Assembly: GCA_951406725.2 (NCBI GenBank)
Contig: OX597828.1
Coordinates: forward strand, 27,590,001 to 27,654,000
Length of the DNA: 64,000 nucleotides
Source of the DNA: Octopus vulgaris
Lineage: Eukaryota
Direction of reading: 5' to 3'
Shown one piece after another: positions 12,404-26,736 of this stretch. The position numbers and the translations under genes were made by a program. Below the pieces are notes generated by a model. It was not told where the DNA came from, ran no database searches, and saw only the letters and a program-made list of their open reading frames with translations. Position 1 is the stretch's first letter; every line of letters begins with the position of its first letter.

Positions 12404-15400
12404 GTTTAACTAAAACCCTTCAACATGCCCCAGCATGGCTACAGTCTAATGACTGGTGTCAGTAAAAAATGAAAATTAAATAAAAATTTTATGGAGTGTT
12501 TTATAATATTTACAGCATGTTTTCAATCAAACCTACTTAGATGATATTTTCTGTACAGCATTCTAAATTATTTTACGGAATGGTAAACTTCAGCTTCAGT
12601 AAATTTAGTTCTTCAATTATATTGCTTTATAAAGCATCCGTTGTTTGTGGTTTTTTGCTTAACCAGCTCTAGATTATGCAGAAGTCTTGCCAATACTTTC
12701 ATATGAAATCTTAGTATTTTCAAATGAAATCGATGAGGTGTTTTTTTATGTTCTAATGGATTATCACTTTGTAGCTTTTTCTGAATTTTCTTTTCTTTTT
12801 TTTTTTTCTTTTTAACAACAGAAATGATGTTATTTTACAAGTGAAGGGCATCCGTTTGAGTGAATGAATTTTATGGAGTTGATTTTCTTTTGTGCATATC
12901 TTCAGAATGTTTAATCGGTTGCATTATGGTGCTTAAACTGAAAAAAGATTATTAAGAAAGCGATAATTTTCTCATTCATTACTGTTATAATTAAGATAAT
13001 ACATTTGAATACTTTGAAGAAGTGTTGTGTTCAAATCCATATTAACCTTTAAAAATAAAATAATAAAAGCTATTTATATGTATTGTTTTATGTGTGTGCG
13101 CGCATAAATAATGCATGTAAAATTTAATTAGATAATAAAAACAATGATTATCAATTTGCAATCATTTTGGTTAATGCATACATATACACACACATGAGTG
13201 GGTTTGACAGATGGAAACTGAAGCCCACCGTGTGTGTGTGTGTGTGTTTGTGCGTGTGTGTCTGTGTGTGTGTGTGTGTGTGTGCCCTTACCTAGACATC
13301 ACATGATGGTTGCAAATGAGCATTGTAATCATACATGCAACATTGATCGTTTCCAGTCTCTGATGAAAAACTTGTCTGACCATGGGGAAATATTAGCTAG
13401 CTTATGAACGAGGATTGGCAGCAGGAAGAGCATCCAGCTGTAGAAGATCTGCATCGATATATTTTGAGATATTAAAATGATGGTGATTGTATCTTTTATC
13501 GTGACTGTGGACATGCTGGGGCAGTGCTTGCAAGAATTTTTAGTCAAAAGAATTGAATGCAGTATTAGCATGATATTAATTCTATTGGTCCCTTTTGGTG
13601 AACTACTAAGTTATGGGGATGTAAACACTTCAACACTGGTTGTCAAATGGTGGTGGTGGGGGGGGGAACACAAACACAGATATGTATGCATACATGCCAC
13701 ACACATACACATGCACATGTATATGTTGGGGTGTTTTTTTTTTTCAGTTTTTGTCTACAAGGCTTTGGTTGATCTGAGGCTCTAGCAAAGGACACTTGCC
13801 CAATATGGTGTGCAGTGGAACTGAGCCTGCAACCATGTGGTTGGGAAGAAAACACAGCCACAGACACACACACACACATAGTTTGATACAGTTCCATATT
13901 ACTTGAACTTTCACAGCTGTAAATGTGTGCTTAATGAACAATTGGACCATTTATCGTTCTTGATGAAATTCGGGCATTTATTAATTAAAAAAAATATTTT
14001 TATTGGGTCCACATCTGTGTGATGCTTCGTGTACCACGGAGGTTGATTAATGAATGCATGGCTTTTAATCTCATCCACTGTGCAAGAATTCTAGGGAATT
14101 ATTCAAAATATTAATTGGTGCAGGCATGGCTCTATGGTGAAGAAGAAGCTTTCTTTACAACCACATGGTTTCAGGATCAGTTCTATTTCAGGACACTTTG
14201 GTCAAATGTTTTCTACAATATCCCCAGACCAATCAATATCTCCTGAGTGGATTTGGTAGACAGAAACTGTGTGGAAGCTCCTTGTGTGTGCGTGTGTAAT
14301 CATCATCATAATCATTATCTTTTAATCTGTTTTCCATGCTGGCATGAATTAGATCATATGCTTATACACATACACCCACATATATATACATACATATATA
14401 TGTGTGGGTTGATTTATGTCCACATAACTTACCAGTTCAGCAAAAGAGACTGTTTAAGTACTACACCTAAAAATAAGTACTGGGTTTAATCTGTTCAAGT
14501 AAACCATTCAAGTGGTGCTCCAGCATGGTGGCAGTTCAGTACATCACATGATGTGATAACATTCAGAAGAGCCTGATCAAATCGGTTAAAGAAGACACTG
14601 TCTTGAAGACTCATCATAAATACCTGTCTTAATATCAATCCTTCTTATCAGATCCCAAAGGAATTATTTTATTTCAGCTTCATTAAGGAAATATAAAGGA
14701 AATATTACTCAAATCCAACTTAAAGGCTGTATAAGCTATTGTGATAAACTCCAGGTTTTGAAACTGTCCAATATTTTACTTCTATTGAACTGCCGAAGAA
14801 TAGCAGGAGTTTAAGTTTATTTTGATAAATTTCTGTTAAAATTCTTGGTTCAGTTCTTTTCTTCATCAGACCTATATCGAAGAAGACATTTTCGTAATGT
14901 ATCAAAGTGTCCCAGCAGAACAGCCTTCAGGATCGCACAACCATTTGTTGCTGACATTTAGAATTAAGAATGTCTCTTGGGTTTGTGATGGGTGATGTGA
15001 AACTGGCAGGTCTTGTTACATGGAATACGATGATGCTGTGTCAGTGTAGCTGGATGCAGATATATGCACATATCTTGATATCTTTGTTCACTTATTCCTA
15101 ATATGCAGATAGATATCTACATATATATATATATATTGTCAAATGTGTAAAGTATTCAGTGTAGGATGCCACACACATGCACGTGTGTGTGTGTATATAT
15201 ATATATATACACCTATTATGTCTATACATACACATATGTACATGCATGCACATATGTAATGTTAGGAAGATTATGACATGTAGGCTTGTATGTCTATACC
15301 AGTAAAATTGTGTATGAATTTGTGTGTATGTGTGTGTATATATATATATATATTATCATCATCATCAGCATTGTCATCATCGTTTATGTGTATCTGGATA

Positions 15401-15718
15401 AGCATATAGACATATATAGATAGATGTGTCTATGATTCTCTATCTCAATCCGGTGTTTGTACATAGATATAGCAACGAGACATGCATGTCTGCAAGGTGA
15501 GCTGCAGTGGCTTTCAGCCTGTAGAGATGAATAGATGAGGCGCAACATCAGAACTTAAATGAGAAAGAAGTTGATGTTTGTTAAGATTAAAACCAAATAA
15601 AAAAAAAAAAAACGAGTTAGAAGTTTTGTGATATTCTGGATGTCTGTTATTTTAAATATTTGTATTGTGTGAAACATGGACATGAGAAAACATGCAGTGC
15701 TCAGCTTCACTGTCTCTC

Positions 15719-15754
<36 letters not shown>

Positions 15755-15975
15755 GGCTAGCTGGCAGAAACGTTAGCACGCCGGGCGAAATGCGTAGCTG
15801 TATTTCGTCTGGCGATACGTTCCGAGTTCAAATTCCGCCGAGGTCGACTTTGCCTTTCATCCTTTCGGGGTCGATAAAGTACCAGTTACACACTGGGGTT
15901 GATGTAATCAACTTAACCCCTTTGTCTGTCCTTGTTTGTCCCCTCTGTGTTTAGCCCATTATGGGTAGTAAAGAA
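15755..15975 (+). mobile_element. SINE family B (other copies 1-220, 7789-8010, 34857-35070 on +; 49566-49775 and 49797-49999 on -)
   Basis: gctggcagaaacgttagc...gagttcaaattcc (B-box-like) plus gtcgactttgcctttcatcctttcggggtcgataaa central block repeated across the window. Confidence 0.85.
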
Positions 15976-16492
15976 ATATATATATATATATATGCGTGTG
16001 TAGTATATATGTGGCGTGTGTATTTGTGTGTCCATGCAGACATGTAGATAAAGATATCCTATGTTTTCCCCGATACTAGTCAAACCGTGCAGACCAAAAT
16101 TTGAACTCAAAAAGGTAACTCAGTGTCTACGTCAAGACAACTTGGGAAGACCATGAATCGTGTGTGAAACACAGCAGGATTTGTAAAGATAGTGACTTGT
16201 ATGCCAGAAAATATTGTAAATGTGTGTGTATTTGTGTGAGTTTGTGTAAGATAGCAAATCAGCAAAGTCGTTAGAGTATTGGATTCATTACCATGTGATA
16301 TTTGTTCCAGTTCTCTGTGCTATGAGTTCAAATGCAGTTGAGGTCAACTTTGCCTTTCACCATCTTGAGGGATTGATAAATAAAATGTTGTTTCTGTACT
16401 GGAGTTAGTTCTTATTCTCTGTATCCATATCTGTCAAACCAAACACAGACTATGGTAATCTTTTGTAATCATTGATATCATTGGAGAGAGAT

Positions 16493-16523
<31 letters not shown>

Positions 16524-17753
16524 GGCAGGTAGGTATGGTTGTGTGGTTAAGAAGCTTGCTTTGCAACCACATGGTTTCAGGTTCAAACCTAGAGAACAGT
16601 ACTATATTAAAAATGTATTTTCAATATAGTACTATGGTCCCAGCAGACCAATGCCTTCTCAGTGGATTTGATAGATGGAAACTGTGAAAGCCCATCAAAG
16701 ATGTGTGTGTGTGCTGTGTTTGGCCCTCACCAATTACTTGACAGTCAGTGTTGGTTGGTTGACATCCCCTGAAATTTAGCAAAAGACACCATTAGAAGGT
16801 GTAGCAATCTTAAAAATAAGTACTGCGGTTGATTTGTTCAGCTAAGCTCTTCAAGATAGTGCCCCAGCATGGCCACAGTCCAATGACTGAAACAAGTGAT
16901 AGATAAAGAAAAAACATGTAGTTTGCAGGATTCTGTGAAGAACCAAGCAAGACCTTGTTTAGCAATAGACCCCTGTGGACGTGGATGGGTCAACCATCCC
17001 ATGAAACCCTTTATTGACAAGCTCTGAAGAGACACAGGACATTGCTCTGGCCAAAGTGTTTCACTGGTTCTTATTTTTATCAATTCTTGAGTATTGAAAG
17101 GTTAAGTGAACCTCAGCAGAATTTGAACACAGACCATTATGGACTGCAATTAATTTCCACTCAACATTATTCGGCCAATCAACCATCCTTAATGATTTCT
17201 TACTGAACATGACCAATGCCAGGACCGCCTGGCTGGCTCCCATGCTGGTGACATGTAAAAAGCACTATCTGAACATGGCCAATGCCAGTGCCCCCTGACT
17301 GGCTCCCATGCTGGTGGCACGTAAAAAACACTATCCAAACACGATCAATGCCAGGCCTGCCTGACTGGCTCCTGTGCCGGTGGCATATAAAAAGCACCTA
17401 CTACACTCTCGTAGTGGTTGGCCTAAGGAAGGGCATCCAGCTGTAGAAACATAGCCAGATCAGATTGGAGCCTAACCCATGCCAGGATTGAAAATGGACG
17501 TAAAATGATGATTATGATGTTTAAGAAGACAAGAATCTTGTGGGCAGAAGAATACTTCATTCTACCATCTTCTGGTTTTGACTGGTGCAATATGTCCTCA
17601 ACCTGGTATGTTATGAAATGTAAATATCATTCCTTGGCAGAAGTTGAACTTAAAGAATTGAAACAAATGCTGCAAGACATTTTGGTTAACACTTTTTAAA
17701 AAAACCTGCCAATTCACTGGTATCTGGCCCTGACCAAATGTCACATATTAGAC

Positions 17754-18075
17754 CTTTGCTGAACACAACATATTTGATCCATACACTTATTTATGTGAGA
17801 ATACATTGCTGTTTTTCTCTCCACAGTCCATCTGTACTCTTAACAGTAGAATGTGCACTTCAGTATATGTATATATGTTGTTTATTTTCAGTTTCTTTGT
17901 TCACACAACATGGCTAATGCATTGGCCTCTAAAAAGCTTCCATGAAATGCTTAAAATGCAATATATATATATATATATTGTTAAGTATAATGTTATAATT
18001 AGACACATGTATAATACAAATAATATATATATAATGTTATAATTACATACATACATAAATACATATATATATCTA

Positions 18076-18120
<45 letters not shown>

Positions 18121-18404
18121 CAAAATAATAAATAAAACATATGCATATATACATTCATATATGTACGTACCTATATGTATGTATATATGCATATGTTTTA
18201 TTTATTATGTTGTTATTATATGACGAAACGTCACGCATCATCTTCCAAGTATATATATATATATTATTATAATTACATATACATATAATACAAATATACA
18301 TATATATTCTACTGTTAAGAGTACAGCTGGACTGTGGAGAGAAAAGCAGCAATGTATTCTCACATAAATAAGTGTATGGGTCAAATATGTTGTGTTCAGC
18401 AAAG
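17754..18404. repeat. 99-bp inverted repeat (17754-17852 / 18306-18404), 3 mismatches
   Basis: Direct reverse-complement comparison; ORFs 17806(+) and 18155(-) share mirrored peptides. Confidence 0.9.
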
Positions 18405-18406
18405 AC

Positions 18407-18454
<48 letters not shown>

Positions 18455-20477
18455 AAATAATTCAGTACAAAATTTAATATCTTTTGCAGATTATAAAGTT
18501 AAAACCTTCTGCAATACAATGCATTTTAGACTAAAAGGTTACACTACCTTGTTTAGATCAGGTGACCCTCTACTGACTTTGTTGTGGGATTTAAAGCTAT
18601 TTTAGTCACTTGAATATATTGTGCATGCATTAGATTGGCGAGAGAAACCAAAGGAAATTGTCTACGTAAAGTTTTATAATTCAAATTTTATTTCTTATTG
18701 AAGACTGCTCACATCTTTTACTAATGGCATAGAGTTGTTTCTCCACAGTTTAAGAATCTGAAAGCCAGAAGTGGAATGGAATAGTTTAAGGATTGACAGA
18801 AATGGTCAGTGGATAACTAACCGCTGCTGCTCAAAGAATGTGCAACAACGGTAATAGTGAGAAAGTACTTGTTATTTCTGTTTTTCTTTCTTTGCCGTTG
18901 TAAACTTGCAAGCATTGCTTCTGGTGTGCCATTCCTACCTCCTGCCTTGATCTTTCAATATATGGTTACTGCCACCCTTCTCCCATTCTTATCAGTTACT
19001 TCATTTTCAGTCCTTGCTTATCTTACTGCTGCCAATCTGAAGATTTACCTGCAGCTTTGTCTTTGAAAACTGGATTTGGTTCTTCTTTGATGATGCTAAT
19101 GGATTCAAAATGGTTTGGTTCTGCTACTCTTTGTAGTTTAATGTTCCATAGCTTGTTCTTATAGCTCAAGGCTATTAATTTCTAGCTTCACTTGTTGTGT
19201 ATTTGAGGCAACTAAAATACTTTACTTTTACCTACTTTAACTAATTCCTTCATTTAAAAGTAAAAAAAAAAAAATTAAAATAATAATAATAATAGTAAAT
19301 TCTCTCTTCTTATTGAATGTTTAAATGTATAATACTTATGTTAGTGTTTCCTTTTCTCTCAACATCATGCAAAACACCTATGTTACGATAAAAAAGAAAT
19401 TAAAAATTATATACTTATATAACTATATTAAATATCCATATTAAAATGATTCCAAGTAATTTTGAATAAGGGTTTTTTTTTTAAGAAAATTAATGATTAT
19501 TTAACACAAAACTTTTCATTAAATAATCATGATTTTCATGAAAAAAAAAAATGAAATTCCATCCCCCTGTTACTTCTGACTAAATTTTATTCACATTTAT
19601 TTATATTTTTTATTTTTTTTTTATAAATTGAAGTTTTTAGGTTCTTCTGATTAAGCAAATTGTATGAGTATCTCTGTCTTCAGGTGTGAACAATGTAGAG
19701 AGATGGAACATTTCCATAAAGCCAACTTGCAATGCACATTCCTTTCTTTGTTTAGCTTATTTAGTTTCAATCACACTCCATGACTCAAAGTAGCTGAATA
19801 GCCCTAGAAAGGCCTGAACTGAAGAGAACTATCTAACACAATTGCAATACTACCAAAAAGGCAAAGCCTTTGGTGGTACTGATTCCAGCACCCCCAAAAA
19901 TGGTTATGGGAAGTTCCTGAACATCATCGTCACTTAATGTCTATCTTTTGTGCTGGCCTAACTTGCACAGTTTGAGAGGATTTGATGAGGAAGAGGAACT
20001 ACACTGAGCTCGGAAGTCTGCTTTGTTGTGCTTTCTATGCTTGAATATGCTCTTCATGATGCCAATCACTTCACAGAGCATTCGAGGTGCCTCTTTCATG
20101 GTAATGTCATTAGTGAAGTCACCAACTCACAAGACAAAAAGAAACCCCTCAATGGAGTGGGACTACAGTAGAGAGAGTGGGGGAGTGGTTTTATGTCAAG
20201 TGTTGAGAGACTAAAGTATGAGAGAGGAACAAAAACAGCTGTTTTGCTGTGACTATTTTTTTTGTGTCTTGTTTGAGTCATTTGATTCTGGCCATACTGG
20301 GGCACTGCCTTGACACCAGTATGCATGAATACATGTATGTGTGTCTATGGATATATATGTTTAAACCTTTTGCATTTCTGAAAATTTAGTCAAATTGCAA
20401 TTCTTATTTATTCACATTGTTTTAAATGAATTCGGCATTATTTTGTAATTTCAAGATTCCAATGATATGATCGTTTA

Positions 20478-20858
20478 CTCTTTTACTTGTTTCAGTCATT
20501 TGACTGCGGCCATGCTGGAGCACCGCCTTTAGTCGAGCAAATCGAACCTGGGACTTATTCTTTGTAAGCCCAGTACTTATTCTATCGGTCTCTTTTGCCG
20601 AACCGCTAAGTGACGGGGATGTAAACACACCAGCATCAGTTGTCAAGCAATGCTAGGGGGACAAACACAAACACACACACATATACATATATACGACAGG
20701 CTTCTTTCAGTTTCCATCTACCAAATCCACTCACAAGGCATTGGTCGGCCCGGGGCTATAGCAGAAGACACTTGCCCAAGATGCCATGCAGTGGGACTGA
20801 ACCCGGAACCATGTGGTTGGTTAGCAAGCTACTTACCACACAGCCACTCCTGCGCCTG
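20478..20858 (-). mobile_element. SINE family A, full length, inserted in a piggyBac-type MITE
   Basis: Reverse complement of family A; 12-bp TSD tatgatcgttta. Confidence 0.92.
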
Positions 20859-21233
20859 TATGATCGTTTATTTTTCAAAATGATACTGTAGTGTAAGTTG
20901 AAGAGGCTGTTTCTGGCTGCTTTAAACATAAAACGGGTAGAATATTTGAGTCAGATATGGCTGGTTTAAAGGCTTAGATATAATATCTTTATATTACAAT
21001 TTATGAACAATAGTATCATTGATTACAGGTTTTAAATGGGTTAATTTTTGGTTCACTGCATTTCCAACTGTGAAAGTGACAAAGAGTACAAGGTACTTGT
21101 TTATCTTTTTGCTGACTTAGATACCTTTTGTTGAATGATATAACCCATGCACAGGCACACACATAGTGAGAGGAGTGGACAGATATATATATATATAACC
21201 GATATATATATATGTGAAGGTGCATGGCTGTGA

Positions 21234-21560
21234 AGGTGCATGGCTCAGTGGCTAGAGCGTCGAGCTTACGATCGTGAGGTTGTGAGCTTGAATCCTGGAC
21301 CGGGCTGCATGTTGTGTTCTTGAGCAAGGCACTTTATTTCACGTTGCTCCAGTTCACTGTAGAAATGAGTTGCGACGTCATAGGTGCCAAGCTGTATCGA
21401 CCTTTGTCTTTCCCTTGGATAAAACTGGTGGCGTGGAGAGAGGAGGCTGGTATGCATGGGCAACTGCTGGTCTTCCATAAACAACCTTGCCTGGACTTGT
21501 GTCTAGGAGGGTAACTTTCTAGGTGCAATCCCATGGTCATTCATGACCGAAGGGGGTCTA
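21234..21560 (+). mobile_element. tRNA-derived SINE family D (relatives 60993-61180 on +; about 28800-29190 and 58780-58980 on -)
   Basis: tRNA-like head ggtgcatggctcagtggctagagc...gaatcc and cttgagcaaggcacttta core. Confidence 0.75.
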
Positions 21561-21837
21561 GATATATATAACCGATCACATATATATATATATATATATA
21601 TATAACTGATTGTGACTGTTGCCAGCCTCGCCTGGCGCGTAAAAAGCACCCACTACACTCACGGAGTGGTTGGCATTAGGAAGGGCATCCAGCTGTAGAA
21701 ACACTGCCAGATCAGACTGGGCCTGGTGCAGCCTCCTGGCTTCCCAGACCCCAGTCGAACCGTCCAACCCATGCTAGCATGGAAAGCGGATGTTAAACGA
21801 TGATGATATATGTATATATATATATACATGCATACAT

Positions 21838-21873
<36 letters not shown>

Positions 21874-23564
21874 CATCATCATCATCATTTAATGTCCACT
21901 CCCATGCTTGGGACCATTCACATGGTCACTGCTTCTCCTCTCCTCCTGGATGAGGTAGAACCAGTAATTTCTGCAGTTTCTCCTACATGAGCGACATTCA
22001 TGCAGTTGATGTGCAGACATGTTGACTGTAAAGAGATCGGTGAATGGAGACAATATTAAGAAAACTCTTTGGTCTTGCCAAGGGCTTGTCAACCTCTCTA
22101 ATGCTGGTGACATAATAAGAATGTACTCAATATAGTCTATAGAGTGATTGGTGCTAGGAAGGGCATCCAGCTGTAGAAACCATGCCAAAAGATTGAATAT
22201 ATGAGACAGTCAGGTCCCCAACATGTTGGGAAGTCAGTAGCCCCAAATAAGAACTGACAGGGATGATCCACCTGACCCATGCCAGCATGGAAAGAAGACA
22301 TAAATTGTGGTGATGTGCAATTTTTGTTATTGTTGTGTGTGTGTGCAGAAATAAGCTTTGTGTACATTCATGCAAGTAACCATTGCTCAGATACCTTCAT
22401 TTAAAAAACTTTGATCTTGAAAATTTTGTATGGGCATATTTTTTTTCTTTCCTAGTTGTAAGAGGAGCACTAGTGGTGGTGGTTACCATCATCCTCATCA
22501 TTTTAACATCTGCTTTTCTATGCTTCCATGAGTTGGACAGAATTTGTTGAGGGAGATGAGCGTCCTGTTGCCAACCCTCTCCTGTTTCAAAGCCAGGTAA
22601 TATTTCCCATGATCAGACATGTTTTCATGGAAGATTGGAAACAAAGGGCACAGCTTGCATGATGGTACCATTCCTTTAAAACTTGTCACATGAAACCAAG
22701 GCAAGGAGACAGTAACGCATATGTTTGTGTGTGTATGTGTATATACCATGGGCTTCTTTCAGTTTCCGTCAACCAAATTCAATCCCAAGGTCAGCCTGAG
22801 GCTAGAGTAGAAGACACTTGCTCAAGGTGTCATACAGTGAGACTGAACCTTAAGGGATGTAGTTGAGAAACAAACTTCCAACCACACAGCCACACCGGCG
22901 CCTCTTGTAGAACCATTAATATTTGTTAATTCATCAGTTTTGTTTATCATTGACTGAATCAATACAAACTAATAATCGTTATCTTTCGTTTACCTTTATT
23001 TCTTACTTGTTACTGTCATTTGACTGTGGCCATGCTGGGGCACTGCCTTGAAAAGTTTAGTCAAACAAATCGACCTCAACAAATATTGTAAGCTTAATAC
23101 TTATTTTATTGGTACCTTTTGCTGATACACTAAGTGTTACAGGGACATAAACAAACTAACACTTGCTGTCAACCTGTTGGTGGAACACACACACACACAT
23201 ATATAAATACACACACATATATATATATATGACAAGCATCCACAGTTTCCATCTCTAAAAGTCATTCACAAGGCATCTGCCTAAAACACTTGCCCAAGAT
23301 GCCAGACAGTGGGACTGAACCTGAAACCACATGGTTACAAAGCAGGCTTCTTAACCACACAGCCAGGCCTGTGACTCAGCCATGTTTAGTAATTTATTTA
23401 ACTTCCACATACCAGACGAGACAGTAAATTCAATTAAGACACATGTAACAAGAGAGAAAAAATAAAACAAGTTTATTTTATTAAAAATATTGTTTTATTT
23501 TACATATTTCCTGAAAAATATAGTAATTTTATAAGTAAATGATCAAAATAAATGTTTCAATCAT

Positions 23565-23821
23565 CTAAAAGTCATTATCCTTCTCAACTTTGATAACAAA
23601 ATTAAGATCTTCGTCTGTTGGTACAGTCATTTCCTTGGGCTTAACGCTTTCAGAATTTCGTGATATCTTAACAAAACGGGGTCCTCTAGAAGCAAGTGAG
23701 TTTTCTTCACTGCGTCTTTTCAGTGCCATTTTAGCTGTTCCTATCTTATTAGCGGCGATGCGATTAACTTGTGTCTCTGTCAAAGATCGGTTTATCTTTC
23801 GGGAATATAAAACAGAAAACC
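23565..23821 (-). CDS. BEN-domain gene, last exon (R-FSVLYSRKINRSLTETQVNRIAANKIGTAKMALKRR...VIKVEKDNDF*)
   Basis: tcttttcAG acceptor; phase-1 join C+GG=Arg keeps the frame; completes the BEN C-terminal basic helix; TAG stop; AATAAA signals about 80-95 nt downstream. Confidence 0.88.
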
Positions 23822-26267
23822 CTGAAAAGAAAACAGCGCAAAGTCCAGTTACCACCATTTTATTGTTTGCATTAATTTCAGTAAAAATACTTTGTCCAAT
23901 ATATTCATTAGATACTTACAACAAATTATTATAAATCAAGTTGGTCTTTTAACTCTTTTGATACCAACCTGCCTGACACTGCATTTAGTTCTATGTTGCA
24001 AACTTACCTTTTTGAAATGATCTAAATTTAAACTTTCTGTAAAAAGTTAAATTATGTTCCAGATTTCATAATAACTACCTTAGTTTACTGAATTCTTTGT
24101 CATTTTCAAAATGAATCGATGCAGAGACAGTGTATTTCAACAGAAATGTGGTTACGAAATGGTTAAAGTGATCCAAGTTAAAGTCTTCCATTAAAATTCT
24201 GTTCCAAAGTTTAATAATGACAAAGACACTTATTCTGAGTTCTTTATAATTTTCTAAATTAACAAAAGCAGTGTATTTCAACAGAAACATGGCAATGAAA
24301 GGATTGAAAGAGTATGGCTCATTTAATAAGCAACACCAACTTTCATGAAATAATTGTTTGATATATATATATAAACATTAGGAAGGGCATCCAGCTGTAG
24401 AAACTCTGCCAGATCAGGATTGAAGCCTAGTGCAGCCATCTGGTTTGCCAGCCCTCAGTCAAATCGTCCAACCCATGCTAGCATGGAAAGCGGACGTTAA
24501 ACGATGATGATGATGTATAATTTTTTTTTAAATGCTATGTTTTAATCAATCTCTTACTGATTAAGTAACAACTGTGACAGGAAGAGTAAATTAGTATATT
24601 GGCAATCAACTGCCGGTTCATATGAGGTATCAAAAAAGACAAAAAACATTTAGAATGACACTAGTCCCCCACCTCGGTTGAAAAGTCATGTCTTGCAAGT
24701 TCTTGGGTGACCTCACTGGTGCCGATGCCATGTAAAAAGCACTCAATACACAGTAAAGTGGTTAGCATTGAGAAGGGCATCCAGACATAGGAAATATGGC
24801 CAAAGTAGACATTGGAGCTTGGTACTATCCTCTGGTTCATCATATCCTGTGAAACCTCCCAACCCATGCCAGCATGGAAGTTAAATGGTGACATCAATGA
24901 TGATGAATTTAAGAATACTGTTTTGATGTGAAACTGTGTGTCTGCTGGGTTAGATCTCTTGTGATAGCCAACAACTGACAGTTTGAAATCATACTCAGGC
25001 ATGATACAGGTATAGCTGTGTGGTAAGAAGTTTGTTTCCCAACCACATGGTCTCAGGTCCAGTCACTCTGTGTGGCACCTTGGGCAAATGTCTTCTACTA
25101 TAGCCCTGAGCCAACCAAAGATTTGTGAGTGGATTTGGTAAATAGAGACTGAAAGAAACCTGTCGTGTGTGTGTGTGGTTGCATGTGACTGTTTCTTTGC
25201 TTTGACATCTCTGATACTTATAAACGAATACTACCATTGTGCAAGTAGTGTCCTTCGTTTCTGGTTTTCTGCGCAAACAAGACTGGTCATGGGGAAAATA
25301 GCACCTTGTTTGGAAGCAAGTGACGGTTGACAAAAGAAGGGCATCCTGCCATAGAAAATTTGCCCCAACAAACATTGATTTCCTCAACATTCACTTTCCC
25401 ATACAAGCATTGAAAAGAGAATATGATGATGATGACTCCAACATTACTGATACAATCTTGTTTGAAGCCTGATGGAAACTGACAATTCAGATCAGGTTCA
25501 CTGGATTGATTTTTAATAATCTATATCACTGTATAGTATTGAACAATCAATTAAAGTGAAAATAGAATAAAGCTTTAAAATGTCAGATAAACAAACCTAT
25601 TTAGGATTGAGCATATTTTGGTACTTTCCTATTGTCAACAACCAATTTCTTTTATTTACTACTGGAATAGTAAATAAACTATTGATCTCTGATTCAATTT
25701 CGTCCGCATGAGGTCGTGATACCTATTCTCAAAGTCCACCACTCTACTATTACACCTGTCTCACAAGTGTGATAGTTCAGTCACAACTAGTGAATAGTTC
25801 TTTCACTAATCCTTTAGTAAATAAATAAAAAATTGGTTATTGATAACAGGGAGATAAAAAAATTGGTTGTTGATAACAGGGAGATTCCCGTATTTTTGTA
25901 GTGTTGCTTCTTATTCATACAAGTCTACAACTATATCTCATTTTTACTTGCCCAATAAAACTACTTTTAACCTGGCTTTATCTGCCTCAAATATATTCTA
26001 CCTGTTATATGTTCAAAACCAGCCAGATCCAGCCTCTCACACCTATCCTACAATGTCATTCTAAAAATAAACAATCACATCATCAAAATCTGAAAGCTAT
26101 GAGGCAATGCATGAGTAATTCAAGACAATTTTAACGAACATATATTATATTTGACAGTGTAATCTGAATGTTAGAGCGGGGTGCAAGCTAGGTGGGTGGA
26201 GAAGAGACGTTTCTTGTAGGAAAACAAAATAGCTTCTATGGAGATTATTTAATGAGGCTAAACTTAC

Positions 26268-26502
26268 GTCTTATGGCTTCCATTATTTGTTGATTCAGAG
26301 GTTGTGATGTGGAATGTTTAGCACGGCCCTTACCCCTGCATGAAGTGGCTGTAGACCTCGCTAGGACTTCGTCTGAAAAGAAATGCTGAAGGAGAGCTAT
26401 GACCAAGATTGCTGGGTCATTAGCTGTTGTAGCATTGAACTGGATTCGCGCTAGCTCATCTTCAGGAATATTCACTCCAAGCCCTGTTATCAACTCAACT
26501 TC
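26268..26502 (-). CDS. BEN-domain gene exon, N-terminal part of BEN domain (EVELITGLGVNIPEDELARI...LLQHFFSDEVLARSTATSCRG...PLNQQIMEAIR)
   Basis: ttttgcAG acceptor, GTAAGT donor, 235 nt phase 0-1; LL..FFS.E.LA.S...G and PL(N/D)..I..AI motifs match the BEN-domain pattern. Confidence 0.9.
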
Positions 26503-26736
26503 CTGCAAAACAAGAAATCCAAAAAAATTAAGCGCTATTTTTCTTCATTTTAAACTTCTAAAATGAGATAAAACAACAATGTTTTTAATATATTGACAAG
26601 AATTTGGTATTTCTTCCAAATAATTATTGCAAATGTTATTTAACTTAAGATTAGCAGATTTTTGACTGAAGATATTTCTAGCTGTGATAACAAAAGATAA
26701 ATATGAAATTATTTTTATCATAATAATTATTTTTAT

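Noticed and set aside
18221-18235. GACGAAACGTCA hammerhead 3' half
   Set aside because: No CUGANGA or helix II upstream; truncated remnant only
18850-19200. Coding-like minus-strand stretch (…ESISIIKEEPNPVFKDKAAG)
   Set aside because: Interrupted by stops, no convincing acceptor, no recognisable family
23590-23934. 114-aa plus-strand ORF
   Set aside because: Antisense shadow of the BEN gene's last exon
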